Part shown: positions 9,786 through 18,532 of the stretch, piece after piece
Layout: each line of letters opens with the position of its first letter
How positions within the stretch are numbered: position 1 is the first letter of the stretch
Source of the DNA: Clostridia bacterium
GTDB taxonomy: Bacteria > Bacillota > Clostridia > Christensenellales > UBA1242
DNA length: 64,000 bases
Direction: 5' to 3'
Assembly: GCA_017467625.1 (NCBI GenBank)
Contig: JAFUSN010000004.1
Span: 146,259-210,258, forward strand
The notes under the pieces: model-generated
The model's database searches: none
What the model saw: the letters and a program-made list of their open reading frames with translations, nothing else
Told to the model about the DNA's origin: nothing
Program-made: the position numbers and the translations under genes

Positions 9786-10296
9786 CTTCCTCCTTTAAAA
9801 CAATAATGTTTCTAATTAGTTTCACATTTCTATATTTTAAATTTGGGCAGCTATAAACGGCGTAGTAAATTCCCGGTGTGTTTTCATCAACACCAGAAAC
9901 CAAAGTTTCATCTTTTGTTAAATCATCTCTAAAATAATAGGTTACTGTGCACTCACTTGAAATATCTTTTCCAAACGCAATGCATCTAACTCCTGGTTCA
10001 ACATATTCTGTAAGCATACCGTCTTCTTCATCAAACCCAATTGTAACATCAATGGTGCCAGTTGATGACGCAATCATTTCATATGTGTCATTTTTCAAAA
10101 AGAATTTTGCACCAAAGTAACCACCAACCAAACCAATCACTAGCGCCAAAGCAATTAGAATAATGCTAACACCCATTTTGGTTGAAAGTTTTTTAACGGC
10201 TTTTTTTGAGTGCTTTTTATTAGATGAATCAAAAATATTACTAAAATCTAATGATTGTTTAGACTGTTTCGTCGCTTTCATGTTGTCATAACTCAT
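9775..10296 (-). CDS. Membrane-anchored protein with a bacterial Ig-like (DUF5011-like) domain
   Basis: 173 aa with one TM helix. The C-terminal pattern EPGVRC...DISSECTVTY...TPGIYYAVY is Ig-like. It overlaps the downstream MBL gene by 11 nt. Confidence 0.5.
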   Translation of the reverse strand: MSYDNMKATKQSKQSLDFSNIFDSSNKKHSKKAVKKLSTKMGVSIILIALALVIGLVGGYFGAKFFLKNDTYEMIASSTGTIDVTIGFDEEDGMLTEYVEPGVRCIAFGKDISSECTVTYYFRDDLTKDETLVSGVDENTPGIYYAVYSCPNLKYRNVKLIRNIIVLKEEDDG

Positions 10297-10386
10297 AAAA
10301 TTTTCCTCACAGTTTAATAATAAAACAAATTATAAAAAAATCAAAATGTAATTTTCGGTTTTTAAAATTTTGATAAGAAGGTTTTA

Positions 10387-10416
10387 TTGACTTAAGCTTG
10401 TTGTCTATGTTATTAT
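10387..10416 (+). promoter_or_regulatory. Sigma-70-type promoter candidate
   Basis: TTGACT, 18-nt spacer, TATTAT upstream of the GT2 gene. Confidence 0.4.
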
Positions 10417-10432
10417 AATTAAGGTAATTAAA

Positions 10433-11668
10433 ATGGAAAAAGTATCACTAATTATATGTGTTTATAATACTGAACTTTCGTTTTTTGAAGAATGCTTAAA
10501 TTCAATTCAAAACTCTTCGCTGAAAAATTATGAAATTATTGTTATTGATGATGGCTCAAGCGTTGATTACAGCAAACTTCAAAAAAAGTTTTTGCGTGCA
10601 AAATTTATTAAAACTGAAAATCACGGAACACTTTCAGCTAGACTTGAGGGAATAAAAAACGCCACAGGTGACTGGATTTATTTTATTGATTCTGATGACA
10701 CATTTTCTTTTGACTATGTTGAGGCAATGCTTCTTCGTGCTCAGCAAACCGGTGCTGATCTCGTTCTTAATGATTGGGCTTTTCACACTGACAACTCTAA
10801 ATATTTTTGCTATAAAGATTCAACCATTGCAACAAACTTCATGTTAGAAAACGAAAAAATTCTATTAAAGTTTTTTGAAACTCAAGGCAGGGAACATGCA
10901 TACTTTGCACTTTGGAATAAGTTATTCAAAAAAGAACTTGCATTAAAAATGGTCAATGAAATTGAAAACTTGAACATTTCAAGACTGGTTTTTGCAGAAG
11001 ATATGTTAATGACATATTTCTTATTTAAAAATGCAACAAAACTCACCAATGTTCATGCTGGTTATTATTTTTATAGAATGAGAAACGGCAGTGAATGCAG
11101 TGAAGATAATTCTGAAAAACTAAAAGGGCATATTGAGCAAAGGGTTTTTGTATTCAACTTAATTGAAGATGACTTAAAAAAACAGAATAAGTTTGAAGAT
11201 GTTGAAAGGAATTTTAAAGCGTGGAAGGTTTTAGATTACACTTCAAATTTACAAAAAATCAAACATAACAAATTTACAGAATTAGAAAATATTCTTGCAA
11301 CCTATCAATTTCAAGATCAAAAGATAAAAAAGGCAAAAGAAAATTTTTATTATGGAGACAACAATCTTCTTCCAAAAAATTTAGATCAAATTGATGCAGA
11401 ACTAAAAAAAGTTTTCTTTGCAAATAAACATATGGTCGTTTATGCAAAGAAAAACACATATGCATTTAAACAACTGGTAATGTTTAAAAAGCTATTTAAA
11501 CGCAACATTGATTTAACAAATAGCAAAAAAATTGCAGATGTGAAAATAATCAATGAAAAGTATAGTTTAAGATCAAAACTTATGCATATCCCATTTTTTT
11601 ATAAGCTTGGAATGATTTTGATTCCAAAGGGGAGCAAGCTAAGAAAAAAAATAAAATCAAAGGTGTAG
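10433..11668 (+). CDS. Glycosyltransferase family 2
   Basis: VSLIICVYNTELSFFEECLNSIQN...IIVIDDGSS and a DSDD motif. Confidence 0.8.
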   Translation: MEKVSLIICVYNTELSFFEECLNSIQNSSLKNYEIIVIDDGSSVDYSKLQKKFLRAKFIKTENHGTLSARLEGIKNATGDWIYFIDSDDTFSFDYVEAMLLRAQQTGADLVLNDWAFHTDNSKYFCYKDSTIATNFMLENEKILLKFFETQGREHAYFALWNKLFKKELALKMVNEIENLNISRLVFAEDMLMTYFLFKNATKLTNVHAGYYFYRMRNGSECSEDNSEKLKGHIEQRVFVFNLIEDDLKKQNKFEDVERNFKAWKVLDYTSNLQKIKHNKFTELENILATYQFQDQKIKKAKENFYYGDNNLLPKNLDQIDAELKKVFFANKHMVVYAKKNTYAFKQLVMFKKLFKRNIDLTNSKKIADVKIINEKYSLRSKLMHIPFFYKLGMILIPKGSKLRKKIKSKV

Positions 11669-11670
11669 AG

Positions 11671-12465
11671 ATGAATTTTAGAGAAAAATTTGCAATACAA
11701 AAAAACATAACCTATGAACTCGTTAGAAAAAGCATTAAAACTCAATACAGAAATTCAGTTCTCGGTATGCTTTGGACAGTGTTAAATCCGCTTTTAAATA
11801 TGCTTGTGATGTGGCTTGTGTTTTCAAGATTTTTCGGTGACGGCGATGAACTTTACCCAATTTATCTTTTAACGGGAAACATTTTGTTTGCATGTTTAAG
11901 GTCGGCAACAGAAGGGTCGCTTGGCTCAATTGTAAACAACCGTGATTTAATTACGAGAATTAGGGTTGAAAGTCATATGTTTCCATTATCATCAACCATT
12001 GCTTCATTAGTAACTTTTGGATTTTCAATGATTGCACTTCTTTTAATTATGGCAGGAATGCAAATTTTTGGTGGATACCAAATTTTTAAAGTTGAAATTT
12101 TGCTTGTTCTTTTAATGATTCCAGCCTTTGTACTTTTTGAACTTGGAATTGGATTGTTTTTATCAGCGCTTTATGTGTATGCACGAGATGTGAAATATTT
12201 ATATAGCGTGTTTTTAACCTTATGGACCTATGCAACTCCAGTGTTTTATAAAGTTGAAAGGCTTTCAGGTTCAACATTTGGAAATTTAATTAAGTTTAAT
12301 CCAATGTTCCACTTCTTAAATTTTTTCAGAAGTGCAACATACCTTGGATTTGATGGAATGTTTTGGAAACAAATGTTAATCATGTATGGCTGTGCACTTG
12401 CAAGCATGCTTATTGGGACTGTTGTGTTTAAACTATTAAAGAAAAATTTTGTAATGAACATTTAA
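11671..12465 (+). CDS. tagG: ABC-2 type polysaccharide/teichoic-acid export permease (TagG/Wzm-like)
   Basis: 264 aa, about 6 TM segments. N-terminal ELVRKSIKTQYRNSVLGMLWTVLNPLL is typical of ABC-2 permeases. Adjacent to the cognate ATPase. Confidence 0.8.
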   Translation: MNFREKFAIQKNITYELVRKSIKTQYRNSVLGMLWTVLNPLLNMLVMWLVFSRFFGDGDELYPIYLLTGNILFACLRSATEGSLGSIVNNRDLITRIRVESHMFPLSSTIASLVTFGFSMIALLLIMAGMQIFGGYQIFKVEILLVLLMIPAFVLFELGIGLFLSALYVYARDVKYLYSVFLTLWTYATPVFYKVERLSGSTFGNLIKFNPMFHFLNFFRSATYLGFDGMFWKQMLIMYGCALASMLIGTVVFKLLKKNFVMNI

Positions 12466-12474
12466 GGAAAGTAT

Positions 12475-13254
12475 ATGGCAGTTAAAAAAACAAAAAAAGA
12501 TGTATTAGTTAAAGCCGAAGGCATTTATATGTCATTTAACCAACCCGACAGAAAATACACAACTTTAAAAGAAAGAGTTGTGGCATTTTTTAATGGCAAA
12601 AGAGCAAGAAATAGAAAACTTGAAATTTTAAAAGATATTAATTTTGAAATTATTCGTGGGGAATCTCTTGGTGTTATTGGACACAATGGGGCTGGGAAAT
12701 CAACGCTTTTGAAAATTGTTGCTGGAATCTTCACTCCAACTGCTGGAAAAATTGAAACGAACGGAAAAGTTATGCTTCTTAATATTGGCGCTGGGTTTGA
12801 TATGGAGGCAAGCGCAGAAGAAAACATTTATTTAAGTGGCGCAATTTTAGGGTTTACAAGAAAACAAATGAGAGAGCGTTTTCAAAGCATTATTGAATTT
12901 TCGGAACTTCAAGATTTTATGAAAATGCCTCTTAAAAATTATTCGTCTGGAATGATTTCAAGACTTGGTTTTGCAATTGCAATTGATGTTGAACCAGACA
13001 TTATGCTTGTTGATGAAGTTCTTTCAGTTGGTGATGAGAATTTTCAAAAGAAGTGTATGGTTAAAATTGAAGAACTTAGGAAAAAAGGAACTTCCTTTAT
13101 GTTCGTTTCTCACAACATAAACCAAGTTAAGGCAATTTGTGAAAAAACCATTTGGATTGAAAATTCAATCGTTAAGGGCTATGGTGATTCTGAAACGGTT
13201 TGCAAACAATATTTAGATTATTGTGAAGCTGAAAGGGAAAACGCAAAAAATTAA
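12475..13254 (+). CDS. tagH: Polysaccharide/teichoic-acid export ATP-binding protein (TagH/Wzt-like)
   Basis: Walker A GHNGAGKST, signature YSSGM, Walker B MLVDEVLSVGD. Confidence 0.85.
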   Translation: MAVKKTKKDVLVKAEGIYMSFNQPDRKYTTLKERVVAFFNGKRARNRKLEILKDINFEIIRGESLGVIGHNGAGKSTLLKIVAGIFTPTAGKIETNGKVMLLNIGAGFDMEASAEENIYLSGAILGFTRKQMRERFQSIIEFSELQDFMKMPLKNYSSGMISRLGFAIAIDVEPDIMLVDEVLSVGDENFQKKCMVKIEELRKKGTSFMFVSHNINQVKAICEKTIWIENSIVKGYGDSETVCKQYLDYCEAERENAKN

Positions 13255-13263
13255 GGAGCAGCT

Positions 13264-14058
13264 ATGTTAATAAATAATAAAGAATTTATACCATTTCGCT
13301 TTAATAGTGGCGAAATGAGAATAATGCATTCAAAACTTGACAAGTTCATAAAAAACAATGAAGTAAGCATTTGTTTTAACAACGACATGTCAATCTTTGA
13401 TTTATTTTTAATTGTTGAATATTATCGTGATCGTGGCGTTGAGGTAAATTTAACAATAACTTATTTGCCATATCAAAGAATGGATCATCCTGATAAAGAC
13501 GAAATTGAAACGCTAAAGCTCGTTGCAAAACTTTTTAATAATTTAAAATTGAAAAGTCTTAAAATTTGTGAGCCTCACAGTTCAATTGCCTATTTTAATA
13601 ATGCAACCAAAATCAGTTTTGTTGAGTTAATATTCAAGTCTGTTTGTGAAAAAATTAATTTTGATGTTGAAAAAGATGTTATTGTTTTTACAGATAAAGG
13701 TTCAACACAAAGATATTTTAATTTAGCGAAAAATTGTGTATATGGTGAAAAGAGAAGAGATGAAAAAACAGGGCTTGTAAAAAAATTAAAACTTGTTGGG
13801 AAAATTAAACCCGGTCAAAAGATAATGATTATTGATGACATTATTTCAAGTGGCGACACCATTTTGAGCACACTTGATCAAATTGAACTCCAAACAAAAG
13901 AAAAAGTTTATATTCTTACTGGTCACTTTGAAAAAAATAGAAGAAACGGAAGGCTTATAAAGGATCCACGTGTCAAAAAAATATTTTCAACCAATTCATT
14001 AACAAAGAAAAGAAAAACAAAACTATTTTTGTATGATGCAGAAAAATTAGCGAAATAA
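13264..14058 (+). CDS. Divergent ribose-phosphate pyrophosphokinase-like / phosphoribosyltransferase-fold protein
   Basis: FNSGEMRI and YLPYQRMDH resemble the Prs N-terminal domain. IMIIDDIISSGDT is a PRPP-binding loop. It is short at 264 aa. Confidence 0.6.
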   Translation: MLINNKEFIPFRFNSGEMRIMHSKLDKFIKNNEVSICFNNDMSIFDLFLIVEYYRDRGVEVNLTITYLPYQRMDHPDKDEIETLKLVAKLFNNLKLKSLKICEPHSSIAYFNNATKISFVELIFKSVCEKINFDVEKDVIVFTDKGSTQRYFNLAKNCVYGEKRRDEKTGLVKKLKLVGKIKPGQKIMIIDDIISSGDTILSTLDQIELQTKEKVYILTGHFEKNRRNGRLIKDPRVKKIFSTNSLTKKRKTKLFLYDAEKLAK

Positions 14059-14061
14059 ATG

Positions 14062-14090
14062 TTGACAAATGCGACAATTTATATTATATT
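14062..14090 (+). promoter_or_regulatory. Promoter for the tRNA pair
   Basis: TTGACA, 17-nt spacer, TATATT, about 25 nt upstream of the first tRNA. Confidence 0.6.
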
Positions 14091-14114
14091 ATTCTCGTTA
14101 GCCAAAAATAGTAT

Positions 14115-14191
14115 GGCGGCATAGCTCAGTTGGCTAGAGCGATCGGTTCATACCCGGCAGGTCATAAGTTCGAATCTTATTGCCGCTACCA
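14115..14191 (+). tRNA. tRNA with CAT anticodon (elongator Met or lysidine-modified Ile2; not initiator-like)
   Basis: Hand-folded cloverleaf: acceptor GGCGGCA/TGCCGCT, D arm GCTC-AGTTGGCTA-GAGC, anticodon loop TTCATAC, T arm ATAAG-TTCGAAT-CTTAT, encoded CCA. It lacks the three G-C pairs in the anticodon stem expected of an initiator. Confidence 0.85.
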
Positions 14192-14195
14192 ATTT

Positions 14196-14270
14196 GGCCC
14201 CATCGTCAAGCGGTTAAGACATCACCCTTTCACGGTGAAGTCAGCGGTTCGAATCCGCTTGGGGTCACCA
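14196..14270 (+). tRNA. tRNA-Glu (TTC)
   Basis: Acceptor GGCCCCA/TGGGGTC, anticodon stem TCACC/GGTGA with loop CTTTCAC, T arm AGCGG-TTCGAAT-CCGCT, encoded CCA. Confidence 0.9.
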
Positions 14271-14277
14271 AAAGAAA

Positions 14278-14308
14278 AGAGATTGGATTTCCAATCTCTT
14301 TTTGTTTT
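14278..14308. terminator. Bidirectional rho-independent terminator (tRNA operon and convergent idi)
   Basis: agagattgg-attt-ccaatctct with flanking A-run and T-run. Confidence 0.75.
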
Positions 14309-14828
14309 ATTTGTTTAAGTTTTCAATATAGCGAATTACAACTGGTGCACAAATTTTAAACCATGATGAATATTTTTCTGGATAGAGTTCAAGTTCTTTT
14401 TTAAGTTCGTCTGTGCCAATCCACTTCATATCATTCACTTCATTTGGGTTTATAACAAAATCGCCATTATATTCTCCAACTAAAACATGGTCAAATTCAT
14501 GCTCATATAGATGTTCATTAAATTTTGTAAGATAAATAAATTTATAAATTTCTTTTAAATTATCACAGTGAATTCCAACTTCTTCAACAAGTCTTTCTTT
14601 TGCATCCAAAACAATGTCGTCGGTTCTTGGATGACTGCAGCAAGTGTTTGCCCAAAGTCCACCAGAGTGATATTTGTGAAAGGCTCTCTGCTGAATTAAA
14701 ATTTTGTTATCATGAAACAAAAAAACAGAAAAAGCCCTGTGCAAAATAGGTTTTTCATGGGCTTCTTGTTTTGAGATTTTTCCAATAGGGTTGTCGTTTT
14801 TATCAACCATAATAAGTTCATTATTCAT
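14307..14828 (-). CDS. idi: Isopentenyl-diphosphate delta-isomerase, type 1 (Nudix)
   Basis: HRAFSVFLF...IQQRA...GGLWANTCCSHP...ERLVEEVGI matches the type-1 IDI signature. Confidence 0.85.
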   Translation of the reverse strand: MNNELIMVDKNDNPIGKISKQEAHEKPILHRAFSVFLFHDNKILIQQRAFHKYHSGGLWANTCCSHPRTDDIVLDAKERLVEEVGIHCDNLKEIYKFIYLTKFNEHLYEHEFDHVLVGEYNGDFVINPNEVNDMKWIGTDELKKELELYPEKYSSWFKICAPVVIRYIENLNK

Positions 14829-15342
14829 TGTTTCTTTTCCTTAAATTTTCAAAAAATTCTCTTGCTTCGGGAATAATGTAGTCAATATATTTTTCTGGAT
14901 TTTCACGAATGGTGGTTGCGCTAATGTTGATTTTGTGTCTATCAAAACAAACAAATTCGCATTCAGGGAAATATTTTTCATTAAGTTCCCGATATGTTTC
15001 ATCTGCAAATTTCATGTTTACTTTGTGATGTGTAATTTCTTTAAACTTATCACTCCAAATTTTCATACCGTCTGGAAATTTTGGAAGTCCATCTTCACAC
15101 ATATAAATAATTTTTATTTTAGGGTTATTTTTGAAATGATTTTTTAGCCATTTTATTCTTAATTTTACAGGAATAAAAGGGATTCCAGCCTTAGCGCATA
15201 ACATTTTTGAGTTTTCTGTGTTGTCTGCAACAACAACATAAAGCACGTCACAAAGTTTTGCTGAATTTTCTATTTCGGTTATATGCCCAATGTGAGGTGG
15301 CAAAAATTTTCCAGCAAATCCACCTATTTTTTTAATTTTCAT
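14821..15342 (-). CDS. Nicotinamide-nucleotide adenylyltransferase (NadR/cytidylyltransferase-like)
   Basis: GGFAGKFLPPHIGHI (GxFxPxHxGH) nucleotidyltransferase motif. I prefer the internal start MKIKKIGG at 15342, which has an AGGAAA RBS, over the ORF-track start at 15411. Confidence 0.75.
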   Translation of the reverse strand: MKIKKIGGFAGKFLPPHIGHITEIENSAKLCDVLYVVVADNTENSKMLCAKAGIPFIPVKLRIKWLKNHFKNNPKIKIIYMCEDGLPKFPDGMKIWSDKFKEITHHKVNMKFADETYRELNEKYFPECEFVCFDRHKINISATTIRENPEKYIDYIIPEAREFFENLRKRNNE

Positions 15343-15414
15343 TTTTTTATTTTCCTTTATAACAAAAATATTATATAATTTATTTGAAAATAAAACAACA
15401 TAAAAGGGCACAGT

Positions 15415-16155
15415 ATGAAAAAGTTAAAAACGGAAATAGTTGGATTTATAAAAAAATATGTTGCAGAGAGTGGGGCAAAAGGTGCTGTTATTGGAATGAG
15501 CGGAGGAAAGGATAGTTTTGTTGCAGCGGCTCTTTGTTGTGAGGCTTTAGGGAATGAAAATGTTTTTGGTGTAATAATGCCAGACGGTAAAATGCAAGAT
15601 TTAAAAATTGCAAAAGAAGAGTGCGAGCTTTTAAAAATTAAGTATAAAGTGATAAATATTGCAAAAATAACAAAAAATATTAAGAAAAACACTCAAAAAT
15701 CCTTAAAAATCTCACTTTTGTCTGATATAACAACATTAAATATTGCACCTCGCGTTAGAATGACGGTTTTATATTCACTAGCAGGAACGCTTGGTTATTT
15801 GGTTGTAAACACTTCAAATTTATCAGAAACAATGATTGGTTACACAACTAAATGGGGAGATAATGTTGGAGATTTTGCCCCACTTGCAAGCTTAACAAAA
15901 ACTGAAGTATGTGAGCTTGGAATTGAAATGGGTTTACCTCAAAATTTGATTTTAAAAAAGCCAGCAGATGGACTTTCTGGGCAAACAGATGAAGAAAAAA
16001 TTGGATTTTCATATGTTGAACTTGACAATTTGATTAGAGATGGAAAATACGCAAAAAATTGTGAAAAAATATTAAAAATGCAAAAAAATTCCATTCACAA
16101 ACGCACATTTCCTCCAAAATTTGATTTAAAACGCAAAAATTATTTACAAGACTAA
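15415..16155 (+). CDS. nadE: NH3-dependent NAD+ synthetase
   Basis: PP-loop GMSGGKDS. 246 aa. Divergent from the NMNAT gene. Confidence 0.85.
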   Translation: MKKLKTEIVGFIKKYVAESGAKGAVIGMSGGKDSFVAAALCCEALGNENVFGVIMPDGKMQDLKIAKEECELLKIKYKVINIAKITKNIKKNTQKSLKISLLSDITTLNIAPRVRMTVLYSLAGTLGYLVVNTSNLSETMIGYTTKWGDNVGDFAPLASLTKTEVCELGIEMGLPQNLILKKPADGLSGQTDEEKIGFSYVELDNLIRDGKYAKNCEKILKMQKNSIHKRTFPPKFDLKRKNYLQD

Positions 16156-16177
16156 GCTAAAGGTTTATAATTTAAGT

Positions 16178-16492
16178 ATGGTAAGATATATTGAAGTTAA
16201 AACAGTTTTTGATTCAAAGGAAGAGGCTGAAAAGATGGCTGAATTTTTACTTGCTGAAAAATTAGTAGCATGTGCTCAAATCAGTAAAATTGAAAGTCAT
16301 TATGAATGGAAAGGCCAATCATATAAAACAGATGAATTTATGCTCACAATGAAAACAAAATCAAAACTTTTCAAGGAACTTGAATTTAAAATAAGAGAAA
16401 AGCACTCTTATGAACTCGCGGAAATAATTGCAACTGAAATTAAATTTATTTCGCGAAGTTACGCAGAGTGGATTGATGTAAGCACAAAATAA
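16178..16492 (+). CDS. cutA: Divalent-cation tolerance protein CutA
   Basis: 104 aa. LVACAQISKIESHYEWKG pattern of CutA1. Confidence 0.8.
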   Translation: MVRYIEVKTVFDSKEEAEKMAEFLLAEKLVACAQISKIESHYEWKGQSYKTDEFMLTMKTKSKLFKELEFKIREKHSYELAEIIATEIKFISRSYAEWIDVSTK

Positions 16493-16493
16493 A

Positions 16494-16520
16494 AATGAGG
16501 CATCGCCTCATTTTTTTTAT
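16494..16520. terminator. Bidirectional terminator
   Basis: aatgaggc-atc-gcctcatt followed by a T-run. Confidence 0.75.
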
Positions 16521-17341
16521 TCTTCATTTTCAGCTTTTGTAACTTCTTTCATAATTGCTTTATTATGAAGTTCGGGATAAAATTCAACATAATTATTTTT
16601 CTTAATTTTTGATGCGAGCTGAAGCCCCAACATATATTGATCTTCATTAATTTTTCTGGTTCGCTTCATATAATCAGCATAGTAGTATTCTTGTTGTTTA
16701 ACTTGTGTTTTATCTTCTTCTTCATTTGAGTGTGTTTCACCAGGGCTTTTGAAAAGGGAAATAAATGTGTAAAAGAAAATTTTTAAATCGTATTTAAATG
16801 AAATATTGTGAGTGTAGTTTATGTCCTTATCAAAAACCTGTTCCCAAGTGTTTTTGTTTCTCCCAAAGGCTTGTGTTGGTCCAGTTAAACCCGGGCGAAC
16901 AATATAAAACTTATAAACATCTTCGCTGTAAAAAATCATATCTTTAACAAGTCTTGGGCGTGGTCCAACAATGCTCATGTCGCCTTTTAAAATGTTAAAC
17001 AGTTGTGGAAGTTCATCAATTGAAAGTTTGCGAATCAATTTTCCATACCAAGTAACTCGTTTTTCATCTGGAAGCAAGTTTCCATCTTTATCGCGCTTGT
17101 TAGTCATTGAACGGAATTTATATAAATTGAACACCTTATGATTTGCCCCTGGTCTTGGCTGTTTCAAAATCCCAGGGAAGCCCATAAAAAGAATGTTTAA
17201 AAGATAAAATAAAATAAGAAAAGGAGATAGAATAATTATTCCAAGAAGCGAAATAACTATATCTAAAAACCTCTTCATAAACACTGAATAAAAAGAATAT
17301 GTGATACCCAGTTCTTTATAAATTTTTCTTTTATCTTTCAT
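16517..17341 (-). CDS. Undecaprenyl-phosphate sugar-phosphate transferase (bacterial sugar transferase family, priming enzyme)
   Basis: KRFLDIVISLLGIIILSP..., LYKFRSM and DELPQLFNILKGDMSIVGPRP motifs. Confidence 0.85.
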   Translation of the reverse strand: MKDKRKIYKELGITYSFYSVFMKRFLDIVISLLGIIILSPFLILFYLLNILFMGFPGILKQPRPGANHKVFNLYKFRSMTNKRDKDGNLLPDEKRVTWYGKLIRKLSIDELPQLFNILKGDMSIVGPRPRLVKDMIFYSEDVYKFYIVRPGLTGPTQAFGRNKNTWEQVFDKDINYTHNISFKYDLKIFFYTFISLFKSPGETHSNEEEDKTQVKQQEYYYADYMKRTRKINEDQYMLGLQLASKIKKNNYVEFYPELHNKAIMKEVTKAENEE

Positions 17342-17409
17342 GGTTACGATAATTATATCTTAATTATTGTTTAAAATCAAACAAAAACACTTATAAAGAG
17401 TGCATATTA

Positions 17410-17438
17410 TTGACAAAAACCACCAAAATGCTTATATT
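17410..17438 (+). promoter_or_regulatory. Sigma-70-type promoter
   Basis: TTGACA, 17-nt spacer, TATATT upstream of the GT4 gene. Confidence 0.55.
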
Positions 17439-17458
17439 ATAAAAGCGAGGTAAAAACA

Positions 17459-18532
17459 GTGTCAAAAATTTTATATGTTGCATCCACAATTGGACACATC
17501 ACAGACTTTCATTTGCCATATATTGAAAAATTGAAAGAAAAACACGATGTTTTTACTATGGCAAAGAGTTCTGAAAGCGTTAAAGCTGATTTTGATGTTC
17601 CTTTTGAAAAAAAGATGTTTTCAAAAACGAACTTTAAAAATAAAAAGATTATTCGTGAAATTTTGGAATCGGAAAAGTTTGATGTTGTAATTTTAAATAC
17701 AGCACTTGCTGGCTTTTGGGTTCGCTATGCAATGAAGGGCATGAAAAACAGACCAAAAGTTATAAACATTGTTCATGGCTATTTGTTTGATAAAAAATCA
17801 TCATTTATGCGTAAATTTGTTTTTAGTTTGGCGGAAAAGTTTTTACGCAAACAAACCGATAATATAATTACAATGAATGCAGAAGATTTTGTGTATGCAT
17901 GCAGCCACAAACTTTGTTTAAAAAGTGTCACAAACATCCGTGGAATGGGAATCAATTCTAAAAGAATTCTTGAAAAAAAAGATTTAGATAAAGACAGAAT
18001 AAATTTGTGTTTTATAGGTGAGTTATCTGGACGAAAAAATCAAGAGTTCTTAATTCACGCAGTAAAGAAATTAAAAGATGAAGGAATTTGCGTTCATTTA
18101 AACTTAGTTGGAACTGGTGATAAACGCCGTGAGTATGAAGAGCTTTCCGTTAAACTTGGAATTGACAATCAAATTCATTTAGTTGGATACACCAGAAATA
18201 TTGAGCAATTTTTAGCGAAAACAAATTTTTATGTTTCCGCTAGTAAAATTGAAGGTCTTCCATTTAACATCATGGAGGCAATGCTTTGCAAACAAGTAAT
18301 TATTACTGCCGATGCAAAAGGTTGTGTTGATTTAATTAAAGATGGTCAAAACGGACTGGTTTATAAGTTAAATGATATTGATGATTTTGTGAAAAAATTT
18401 AAGCAAGTTTATTATGATTCAAAGCTCCAAGCAAAACTTGCTAAAAATGCGGAGGAAAGTGCAAAAGACTATTTGCTTGAATCCGTTTTTGATGAAAATA
18501 TAAATTTAATTAACGAACTTATTGGGGAATAA
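17459..18532 (+). CDS. Glycosyltransferase family 4 (GT-B)
   Basis: 357 aa with a GTG start. C-terminal EGLPFNIMEAMLC...G..GLV pattern of GT4/GT1-type transferases. Confidence 0.75.
   Translation: MSKILYVASTIGHITDFHLPYIEKLKEKHDVFTMAKSSESVKADFDVPFEKKMFSKTNFKNKKIIREILESEKFDVVILNTALAGFWVRYAMKGMKNRPKVINIVHGYLFDKKSSFMRKFVFSLAEKFLRKQTDNIITMNAEDFVYACSHKLCLKSVTNIRGMGINSKRILEKKDLDKDRINLCFIGELSGRKNQEFLIHAVKKLKDEGICVHLNLVGTGDKRREYEELSVKLGIDNQIHLVGYTRNIEQFLAKTNFYVSASKIEGLPFNIMEAMLCKQVIITADAKGCVDLIKDGQNGLVYKLNDIDDFVKKFKQVYYDSKLQAKLAKNAEESAKDYLLESVFDENINLINELIGE

Noticed and set aside
14130-14318. 62-aa ORF on the plus strand
   Set aside because: It is fully overlapped by the two hand-folded tRNA genes and the terminator.
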